The translations under genes and the position numbers were made by a program. The notes under the pieces are model-generated. The model made no database searches and was not told where the DNA came from. It saw only the letters and a list, made by a program, of their open reading frames with translations. Shown here piece after piece: positions 25,363 through 35,878 of a DNA stretch of 64,000 nucleotides (within the stretch, counting starts at the first letter, position 1; each line of letters starts with the position of its first letter). The stretch comes from Octopus sinensis (lineage: Eukaryota): the NCBI RefSeq assembly GCF_006345805.1, contig NW_021836293.1, positions 1 through 64,000 on the forward strand. The letters run 5' to 3'.

Positions 25363-25365
<3 letters not shown>
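24180..25365 (-). mobile_element. Second R4/Dong-like family, 5'-truncated 1.2-kb copy
   Basis: LLRYGAGVIAW..LDRKTRKLL..LHPKSDIDRLYVPRKRGGR; CRICAQNGETVWHITSQC; HDNIARIIHWKLC; NRKPDIVL; IDIACP; flanked by (TTA)n. Confidence 0.92.
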
Positions 25366-25428
<63 letters not shown>

Positions 25429-25599
25429 CATCATTATTATTGAGTGAAGTACATGACTCAAAGATTTTTGTATTTAGTTATCTTTATTTACACTTGATCT
25501 GAAGTTCAGTCCAATAGAGGATACTTAATGTCAATGTAATTAACCACACATCAAACTCAAAAGTTTTTGGCTTTATACATGTTAGAAATTTTTATTATA

Positions 25600-26500
25600 A
25601 CAAAGATGATAATGATAATGACAACAATCATCACCACCACTACCACCACCATTGCCACCACTGCCACCACCACCACCATCACCACTTCCTCCATCACCAC
25701 TTCTTCCACCACCACTACCATCATCATCATCATAAGGATATCCATATTCAGAGTGATGATAATGATGCTAGATAATGACAACAATAATGATGCCAATTAT
25801 GATGCTCTGGGTGATTAGGATGATGATAAAGATGTTGATCATCATCATCATCATCATCATGAGAATGATACACATGATAATGATAATGGCGAAGCTAATG
25901 ATAATGATGATTGGAATCAATGACTATGATGATGATGAAGGTGCTATAGAGATAAAGATGGTGGTGATGATGGTGTGGATAAAGATGAAGATATGATAAC
26001 AATGACAACAATGCCTACAATGATGATGATGATAATGTTTTAGGCATGATTATGATCATATTGATTTCTATAGTAGGCATAAGGTCTGAAACTTTAAGGA
26101 GAGGGTAAGTAGTCAGTATGATTGTTCACAGAACTTGACTGGTACTTTGTTTAATTGTTTTATTGAACGTGGGAAGGAAAAAAGACCAATTTTTGATCTC
26201 AGCAGGATTTGAACTCAGAATGTAAAGAGTCAGAACCAATACAGCAAAGCATTTTTTTTTTTTTGATGCTCAAATAATTCTGCTAGCTCACTGATAATCA
26301 CAATAATGATGATTCTAATGGTAGAAATGATGATAGAAATGAAGTAGTCAATCATCATCATCATCATCATCATCATCACCACCATCATCATGAGTAGGAG
26401 GAGGAGGAGGAGAACAGTAACAACAACAATGATGATTATGATTATTTCAACAATGACAATGATAATAATTATAATGATGATGATGATGATGATTGCAATA
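25600..26500. repeat. Mixed (CAC)/(GAT)/(CAT) trinucleotide region with degraded SINE C (26073-26295, minus)
   Basis: Directly visible; GGATTTGAACTCAGAA and GACTGGTACT SINE motifs. Confidence 0.8.
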
Positions 26501-27145
26501 TGTAATGGTGATAGAAAACAAGACTAATTCCCAATGCATATTCATATATACATATATATATACATACACACACATATATATAATATATATATTCTAACTC
26601 CACATCTCCAGCCATTTATTTCAACCAACCCATCCACACTGCATTCATCCACCCTTATACACATACGTACAGCTACCCAAATATGTTGGTTACCTTAACT
26701 CTTAAGTGTCTATGTTTATCTATTGATCTGATTGTCTGCTGAAAATGTTATCTCTGACACCATTGCCTGCTTTACTCTGACACTTTGTCCACCTATCAAC
26801 AAACCTTTCATTCTGTGCATTATTATCTTCAAAGTATTCAACGCACACAGACACACATGCACACATGCAAGTACAAACACATATATACAGTTATATTACA
26901 GTTCACTATGTGTGTGTGTATGCATGTGTGTGTGTGTGTGTGCTAGCATCTCTGGTTGTGTGCATGTACACACATTCATGTGCACACATACACAAATAAT
27001 TATATGCATATGACTATGTATATGAATATATGTGTGTGTAAAAGTGTGTGCATATAAACCTATCAGTTTATATATGCATGTCTATGTGTGCATTTCTTCA
27101 TATATATTATGATATATGCAAGCATACATATGCACACATTCATTC

Positions 27146-27205
<60 letters not shown>

Positions 27206-27314
27206 ATAGATAAAATTATATATATATATGTGTGTGTGTATATGCATATACAGGTTTATATAACTATATATATGTGTGTGTGTGTACATATATATATATG
27301 TATGTGTGTGCATT

Positions 27315-27347
<33 letters not shown>

Positions 27348-27419
27348 AGATATGTATGTATATATATATGTATGTATACAAACTGACATAACTTTTCATT
27401 CTTCAAGAATAATCAATAA

Positions 27420-27608
27420 ACGAAAGATCAGAGATCAAGAAAGTTTACAAGAAAATTGTGTTCTATGTTGTGTGTACAAGTAGAAACTGAAGCAACATTA
27501 CAGTTAGACAGTGCACTCCATAGACTCAGCATGTCAGATATGGCATCACAGAGAAAGCATCATAGACAGATTGTAGCAATGTAGACAAAGCACCATTCTA
27601 GCAATCTA
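27420..27608 (-). other. Candidate exon after a strong splice acceptor (downstream end undefined)
   Basis: Minus strand TTTTTTCTGTTTTTTTTCTCTTCAG|TAG followed by non-repetitive sequence. Confidence 0.3.
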
Positions 27609-28259
27609 CTGAAGAGAAAAAAAACAGAAAAAACATACAAAAGTAAAGAATACCAATACAGCAGGACATTGAATAATAGGAATTTTTTTTTTTAATTGAA
27701 TAATTCAGCTTTTAAATTAAAGAAGAAAGAAATAGGAAGAAATTTTAGAAATTAAGAAAAATTGGAACTAAATGAAGAAAAATTGATAGAACTGAAGAAA
27801 ATAACGAATGAAAATTGAGAAAAAATTACTGAAGAAAATGAAGAATTGCTGGAAAATACAAAAAAAAGTAAGAAAAACTGCTTTTAAAATGAAGAAAAAT
27901 ACTGTCAAATCTACTTAGTAACCATGTAATAACATTGTGAAAACATTTCCAGAAGATATATTTGTTTATTTATTTGTTTGTTGCATTTTTATTGTTATTT
28001 TGTTTGAATTTTTTCTTTATTTACTTTTGTTTATTTATTTATTTACTATTTATTTGGTTGTGTTTAAGGTTTCTGTTTCCTTCTCTTTTTTTCCATTTTT
28101 TTTTTTCCTTTTGTCTTTTTCCACCTTGCAACATTTTGATAGCATTCTGCAGACATGTAGTGGTTAGAGATAAAAGTTCTATCAGATGCACAGGAGTGGG
28201 TCAGGTGTGTGATAAATTGAGTCACTCAATCAGGATTTGCAGAAGATTGCAGGGTGGAA

Positions 28260-28327
28260 TACATACATACATACATACATACATACATACATACATACAT
28301 ACATACATACGTACGTACGTACGTACG

Positions 28328-28359
<32 letters not shown>

Positions 28360-28870
28360 TGTAAAATGATAGTAATAATAATAATAATAATTATAATACT
28401 CTCTCTGTATATATATGCATGTATATATATGTGTGTGTATATGTGTATGGATATATGTATGAATATATATGTATATACATATACATGTATGTATGTATAC
28501 ATATATATATGTGTGTATACGTACATACATATATATTCATACATATATCCATACACATATACACAAACACACATACATACATGTATATATATGTATGTAT
28601 ATATATATATATCCCCATATACATGTGAGTTTGTTTATATGTGTTTGTGTGTAAGAATATGTATACATAATTATGTGTATATATATATATAGATAGATAG
28701 ATAGATAGATAGAGAGATAAACATTTGTATGTATGGATGTATGTATGTATGTATATGGGCTTATATATGCATGAATTTGTGTATACATATATATATATAT
28801 ATATGCACACATCTGTACATACATGCATATACATACAAGGTGAGAGAGAGAAAGAGAGAGAGAGAATGAG
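28260..28870. repeat. Compound TACA/TA/TG/GATA/GA microsatellite block
   Basis: Directly visible. Confidence 0.9.
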
Positions 28871-29381
28871 AAAGAGATGTAGGGGGCTAGGACTATATTT
28901 CTCCACTGAAACATAAAATTTCTCTTTCTGTTCTGAATCAGTAAAAGCAACAAAGAATTCAACAGAACCAAAAATTTGGAAAATCAAATATGAAAGGGAA
29001 TAAAATGATGGAATGGTGTTTGGTTTCAGATAGATGTATATCCTTAGAGTAGAGAAACTAAAGAGAGTGGATACAGCAGATGACACGGCTGCAACTGATG
29101 ATAATGTTGATGATGATGATGACAACGACAGCGGCAGCAGTGGCAGTGGAAGTTGCAGAGGTGGTGCTGGCAGCAGTGGAGGAGGCAATGGTGGCAGTGG
29201 GAATGGTGATGGTGGTAGTACTGGTTGTAAGAGTGGTGGTGGTGGTGGTGGTGAATATTTCTGTCAGCACTACCAAATCTAGGAGACAACGTTTGAATTG
29301 CATGTCTACAAACAACCCAAAGGGAGAACCTCCCAGGAAATCAACTGCATTTTCTTTTCATCATAGCCTCATATATATATA

Positions 29382-29536
29382 TAGGTGTGGCTATGTGGTA
29401 AGAAGCTGGGCTTCCCACCAACATCATTCTGGGTTGTTCAGTCACACTGTGTGGCAAGTGCCTTCTACTATGGTCTTGGGCCAACCAAAAGCCCTGTGAG
29501 TTGATTTTGTACACAGAAACTGATAGAAGCCTGCCG

Positions 29537-29590
<54 letters not shown>

Positions 29591-29846
29591 TGTATGTATG
29601 TATATATGTATCTATGTGTATGTGACTTTGTGTTTGATTTTGACCCACCATCACTGCTTGACAACTGGTGATGTTGTGTTTACATCCCTGTAACTTAGCA
29701 GTTCCGCAAAAGAGACTCATTGATTAAGTACTATGATTTTAAAAAATCTGTAATTACTGTGGTCGATTTGTTTGACTAAAGCCCTTCAAGGTGGTGCTCA
29801 AGCATGGCCGCAATCAAATGACTGAAGCAAGTAAAAGAATAAAAGA
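29382..29846 (+). mobile_element. SINE family A, full-length
   Basis: Head, internal (TA)/(TATG) tract and tail GCATGGCCGCAATCAAATGACTGAAGCAAGTAAAAGAATAAAAG. Confidence 0.85.
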
Positions 29847-29864
29847 ATATATATGTAGTTAAAA

Positions 29865-29979
29865 CTTATAGAAAAACAAAAGACAAAAATAGGTGTATGA
29901 ACAACAAGCAAGTGTATTAGTTTGACACTTAGGAAAATGAAAAAGTCTTTTACGTTTCAAGCATATGCTCTTCAACATG

Positions 29980-29980
<1 letters not shown>
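29865..29980 (-). mobile_element. Probable Penelope-type LTR remnant with degenerate minimal hammerhead
   Basis: Minus strand TGTTGAA-GAGC-ATAT-GCTT-GAAAC-GT. Confidence 0.45.
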
Positions 29981-30034
<54 letters not shown>

Positions 30035-30263
30035 ATCCACCTATGTATGTAAGCATTTATGTATGTATGTATGCATGTATGTATTTATATTTATCTATTT
30101 TAGCTATTTGTGATGGCAGCAGCCTTTGTATCAAATATTAATGAACACATCTTACTTAACTCAGATGTTTGTTTTGAATACTGTAAACTGTAATCATCTT
30201 GAGAAATCATCTCCTATACATGCTAAGTGCTATAAAATTCACAGATTATATTGGTTGACAAAA

Positions 30264-30281
30264 CGCCAGCAGATGGCACTG
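30264..30281 (+). promoter_or_regulatory. CTCF-like motif
   Basis: CGCCAGCAGATGGCACTG fits CCASYAGRKGGCRS, in non-repetitive sequence. Confidence 0.4.
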
Positions 30282-30809
30282 TTGTATTATATGATTTCAT
30301 CATAGGTTGCAAATCACCAACAACAGGTCGCCAAACATTGAATGCCAGATCAAAAATTTGTCAAACCAATATAGTTTAACACTGGCTAAATAGTCAGTGA
30401 TGTCACAAAAAGCTGGCTGGCTGGCTGTGTATAAATTAACTATTATATACAGCCATTGTACTGGCATGGCTTCAATAGGTTGTTACAGTCCTAGTCTGTT
30501 TATATTGAAATTTGCTGTCCTCCTCAATGGGATAGAGTACCATGTCTTTCTCATACATTTCTTTTTACAGTTTCTGCAACTGGATACAATTGTTTATTTT
30601 ATGAATAGCTATTTGTCAAACTGTTAGGTTACAAGGCATAAACAACACTAGATTTTGTGTATAAATGCAGAGAAACAGATGCAAGCATACACATATTTGC
30701 AAATATACGTGTTATGTTAGAAAATCCTAACACATTCCCAGATGAAAAAGAAACAAATACTTCTTTGAGTTTAATTAATACATTTAATCGAAATAATATT
30801 TACCCTCGT

Positions 30810-31025
30810 TATTGATTTTAAATTTTGGCACAAGGCCAGCAATTTTGTGGGATGAGGTAAGTCATCATTGATCCCAGTTTTCAACTGCTACTGATTTTAT
30901 AGACTCTGAAAAGGATGAAAGACAAAGTCAAACTCAGTGGAATTTGAACCTAGAATGTTAAGACAGATGAAATGCCATTAATCATTTTGCCCAGCATATT
31001 CAAGATTTTGCCAATTTGCTGCCTT
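30810..31025 (-). mobile_element. SINE family C, diverged
   Basis: GGCACAAGGCCAGC...AAGGATGAAAGACAAAGTCAA...GGAATTTGAAC. Confidence 0.75.
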
Positions 31026-31029
31026 ATTT

Positions 31030-32070
31030 CCCCTCATTATTGATAACATAATTCAATTCATCAGGCAAATTGTTCATCACTCAGGCACTAAATCTTTTAG
31101 GTTTCAAAGCAAAGAAATACTCAGTATCATTCTTAACTTCGTCACAATTGATATACTCATTTCCCTGCAAATAAGGTTACAATGATCTGAAAAGATGATA
31201 GTCAGATAGACTAAAGGCAGCAGAGTAAATAAAATGAGGTAAAACTTTTGTATTCAGTGTCGTAATCTTTTCTAGAATGACTTAAGCAAAATATGATCTT
31301 ATATTATCATCTAATAATAATACGCCTTTATGACTGACCAATGACAAATGCTTTTCCAACAAATTTTCATTCAATGTTTCCAATTGATGACAATAATTCT
31401 CCATGATAACTGTTTCATTTTTCATTTAACACTTAATGACAGACTACACCTTTCATATCCCAACAAACACAGAACATAGCATTTTCAACTGTAGTCCTGG
31501 TTTTGTGTATTCTTTTACATTGGGGGCTGACCATTTTTGTTGGATGCAGTTATAGAGAACCCACTTTTCATCACTTGTGCTAATTCTACCCAAGAAATAT
31601 TCAGTAGCATGGCTACCCTTCAAAAATGACCAGAGGGCATTTCTTTGTTTAAACTGAGAAGCAGTCAGATGAGTGACCCACTGACCAAGTTTAGACACTT
31701 TTTCTTGTTCATAAAGGTGTTTTATCATCAAAGTGTGACTTGAATTTAACTGTTTTGCTAATTTTTATGCAGTTTGCTTTGGATTCTCCTCAACTATAAT
31801 TTTCAGGAGCTCAAAATTGGCAGAAGTTCATTGTCCAGATTGAAGGGAATCTGCAAGAGAACACTCTTCCAAACAAAATTGATTAAACCATTATTGGCTT
31901 GTCCAGACATTTAAAGCTACATTTCCATAGACAGAACAAATATTTCTTACCATTTCTATTGCTGAATAGTTTCTTTTGAATTTATAAAGCACACAGTGTC
32001 TAATACAGGCCTAGTCTAAGCTCATTTTCAGAGAATAAAATCGATATGAATTTAACCACCATGTTATGAA
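31030..32070 (-). mobile_element. Degraded mariner transposon
   Basis: GQWVTHLT (WVPHEL), FLGRISTSDEKWVLYN (first catalytic D), KPGLQLKMLCSV, AFSLSDYHLF (third D). Confidence 0.8.
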
Positions 32071-32192
32071 GTATTCTGTAAAGAAAGAAAAGACATTAAA
32101 ATGTATAAAATTACGCTTATTTTACCATAAGTATTCACAAAGTACCCTCAATATGATCATGTCAAGAAAGCAACAGTACTTTTTTCCTACCA

Positions 32193-32349
32193 AAGATATG
32201 TGTGTGTATGTGTATTTATATATGTACATATATATATATCATCATCATCATCATTTAGCGTCCGTTTTCCATGCTAGCGGACGCTAAATGATGATGATGA
32301 TGATATATATATATGTACATATATAAATACACATACACACACATATCTT
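32193..32349. repeat. Perfect 72-bp inverted repeat, 13-nt spacer, centred on an RTE 3' tail
   Basis: 32193-32264 is the exact reverse complement of 32278-32349. Confidence 0.95.
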
Positions 32350-32455
32350 ATATATATATATATATATATATATGTGTATGTGTGTGCATATATATATGTG
32401 TGTGCATATATATATATATATATATGTGTGCATATATATATATGTGTGTGTGTGC

Positions 32456-32486
<31 letters not shown>

Positions 32487-32606
32487 CATATATATATGTG
32501 TGCATATATATATATATATATACGCACACACATATACATACATAGACACATGCACACACACACACACGTGCAGGTATATATATATATCTGTGTGTGTGTG
32601 TCCGTA

Positions 32607-32655
<49 letters not shown>

Positions 32656-32879
32656 TACATACATACATACATACGCACACATATATATATATGGTATTCT
32701 ATCTGTGACATGCCCTTGCAATGAAACTGAATGTTTTTTTGAAGTTGTTGATGAGAGATGAAAAATGAATTGTGCACAATAACATAATATGGAAACGGTT
32801 ATAGAGTTTGCATGAGAAGCTACTAATATAGTTACCAAAGCAGAATATTCATGCTTAAAAAAAGTTATGCTTTGTGTCT

Positions 32880-33400
32880 TGAAGGATTTCAAAGGCATTA
32901 ATTATCATTTATAAGTTACTCCCACATGATCACACCAACAATTCTGATATGTACTGTTGCCAGTTGGAAAAATAGAATTAAAAAATTCAGCAGATAAGGC
33001 CAGAACATATTCCCTCTCCTAATAGGAGAGGGAATATGTTCCAACAAGACAATGCCACAATTCATGTGCCTTTGTCTACACACACTAAGCTGTGTGAGCA
33101 TGGGTGAAATCTGTTATCACATCTACCAACATTGTTGCATTTGTCTTTCATTTGTTCAGGTTTCCATAGAATTCCTAGAATGGAAAATCATATAATAATT
33201 TTGATGCAATAAAAAAACACCTGGATAACTTTTATTTCCACTAAGACAGCCCACTTCTATGCAAATGGAATTTTTAAGCTACCAAATAGATGGACAAAAG
33301 TAATGAACAAGTATGGAGAGTGGTAATTTGATGAATAAAAATTATTATAAAGTGAATAAATTCATTTTATTTCCATCCTTTCCAGACAACACAATTATTT
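32880..33400 (+). mobile_element. Mariner 3' remnant
   Basis: NRRGNMFQQDNATIH, FHLFRF, GIFKLPNRWTKV. Confidence 0.65.
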
Positions 33401-33504
33401 AATGAGCATATTAATCCAGTTGATCAAACAACTGAACATGCAGCCAGAAATTTTGACCATTTAATACATACACATATATGTATATAAATGTCTATATACA
33501 TGTC

Positions 33505-33657
33505 AGACTTATGCAGTTTCCATCTACCAACTTTCACTTTCAAAGCATTGGTCATTTCAAAGCTATAGTTAAAGTCACTTCTCTCAAGTACTATACAGTG
33601 AGACTGAACCTGAAACCATGTGGTTGAAAAACATACATCCTAACCTCACAACCATGT
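33505..33657 (-). mobile_element. SINE family A head, diverged
   Basis: CAGTTTCCATCTACCAA...GACTGAACCTGAAACCATGTGG. Confidence 0.65.
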
Positions 33658-33920
33658 CAGGGCATACACTGTTGGAGATTTTTTCCAAGCAGGACATACT
33701 ACTGTGATTGGTGTTCCAGCCATGATCACTCAGTCCTTTAGTGGTATATAGGGGTACTACATGATTGAATGTCCCATATCAACTGCTTTTGCAAATAGAT
33801 GAAATGATGACCTAGATGCCCCAAGTGGTTGATTGTTTAATGAAGTAAAATGTATTGGGTTGCCCAAAAATTTTGTTCAGTTTTTTTTTTAAGTGAAAAA
33901 TAAGACACAAGTTTTAGATA

Positions 33921-35878
33921 CATCATCATCAACATCATCATCTTTAATGTCCATTGTCCATGCTGGCATGAGTTGGGTGGTTTGACTAGGGCTGACAAGC
34001 TGGAAGGCTACACCAGACTCAAGTCTGATTTGGCATCGTTTCTACAGCTGGATACCCTTCCTAATGCCAACCACTCTGAGAGTGTAACGAGTGCTTTGAC
34101 ATGCCACCAGCACAGGTACCATTTGTGTGACACTGGTTTCTATCACCGCTGTGGTTTTGCTCGACTTGATGGGTCTTCTTCTCAAGCACAACATAATGAC
34201 ACAGGTCTCGGTCATTGCCTCTGTGAGGCGCAACACTCGAAAGGAGCTCATCTCTATGAGGCTCAACACTTGAAAGGAACTTGCCTCCATAAGGCCCAAT
34301 GCTCAAAAGGAACTCACTTCCACGAGGCCCAGACCTCGAAAGGAACTCAGCCACTTTACCTCCATGAGGCTTAATGCTCAAAAGGGGTCCTTTTTGCACC
34401 ACTGGCACAGGTGCTAGTTACATGTCACCAGCATCAGTCACAACTATGATTTCACTTGGCTTGATGGGTCTTCTCAAGTACAGCATATCCCCAAAGGTCA
34501 TGGTCACTAGTGATTGCCTCTACGAGGCTCAAAGTTCAGAGATCATGCTTCACCACCTCGTCCCAAGTCTTCCTGGGTCTACCTCTACCACAGGTTCCCT
34601 CCACAGTTAGAGATCGGTACTTCTTTACACAGCTGTCCTTGTCCATACACATCACATGACCATACCAGTGCAATCATCTTCCTTGCACACCACATCTGAT
34701 ACTCTTATGCCTAATTTTTCTCTCAAGATGCTTACACTCTGTTGAACACGCACACTGATATTGCACATCCAGCAAAGCATATTGGCTTGATTTATTTCAA
34801 ACCTAGGCATGCCCTTGGCTGTCACAGCCTATGTTTTACTGCTATGTAGCATAGCTGTTTGCACATAGGCATCATACAACTGCCTTTCATTCTGAGAGAT
34901 AGGCCTTTTCTTGTCAGCAGAAGTAGGAGCTCTCTGAACTTTGCCTAGCCTAATCTTATTCTCTCAGCTACACTCTGCTACTAACTTGGTCACCTAGATA
35001 AAGAAGCTATCTACTACCTCTAGCTTGCCCTCCTGACAGTTGATGGAGTCTATTTTCTGCATATTTTCAGCGTTTATTGTACCTGTGCATCTTCCACATA
35101 CAAAAACTATTTTCCCTGTTAGCTTTCCTCTAATATTGCTGCACCTTTTATATGTCCAAAGTTTACACCAGGTGCATCTTATGGAGTTTCTACCTACACC
35201 TTTTCTACAGATCGAGCAGAGCCATCTACCTGAAGGGATTTGTGATTTGTCTGCCTTCCTACTTACTGAGACTTTGTTTTTTGCTAGGTTAGCTCTAAGG
35301 CCCTTCAATTCTAGACCTTGCTTCCATACCTAGAATTTCTTCTCTAGTTCAGCTATAAGAGCAAGGTCATGAGCATAGAGGAGCTCCCAGGAGCATCCTG
35401 TCTTAAATTCCCCTGTTTTAAATTCCTGGAGGACTATGATGAACAAGAAGGTTCTGGGGACCAACCCTTGGTGAACCCCTAATTGTACCCTGAATTCTTC
35501 ACTGTACTCATTGCCAACCCGGACCTTACTGGCAGCATGCCTCTACAATGCTTGTACAGCTCACACCAACCACTCATCTATCTCTAGTGTCCACATTGAT
35601 CACCAGATTAAAGGATCAGGGGACCCTGTCAAAGGCTTTCTCCCAGTCAACAGAAGCCAAGTACAAAGGTTTATCTTTGGCTAAGTATTTCTCCTGCAGC
35701 TGCCTTACCTGAAATATAGCATCAGTAGTGCTTCTACCTGGCACAAAACCAAACTGCATCTCACCTAGGTTAACTCTCTCCCTAATTAGTTAAGCTATAA
35801 CTCTCTGTAACTTTTATCACCTGATCCAACAATTTGATATCTCTGTAATTAAAGCTAAGGCATCAGCTTTACCTTTGA
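33921..35878 (-). mobile_element. 5'-truncated RTE LINE with PHD-like finger in RT
   Basis: QFGFVPGRSTTDAIF, VDWEKAFDRVP, GVHQG, ELLYAHDLAL (YADD relic), CSICRKGVGRNSIRCTWCKLWTYKRC...CGRC; (GAT)n tail. Confidence 0.9.
34218..34390. repeat. About five copies of a 33-bp tandem unit in the RTE 3' region
   Basis: CTC.ATGAGGC.CAA..CTC.AAAGGA unit repeated. Confidence 0.85.

Noticed and set aside
27586-27612. AGCACCATT resembling the miR-29/285 seed
   Set aside because: Remainder does not match the mature sequence and the hairpin is short
29034-29499. Gly/Ser/Asp-rich and poly-V/H ORFs
   Set aside because: Trinucleotide repeats running into a SINE
33973-34408. ORFs with 11-aa repeats (EAQHSKGAHLY)
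   Set aside because: Translation of the 33-bp minisatellite in an RTE 3' end; not a CRISPR array either, since there are no unique spacers or cas genes
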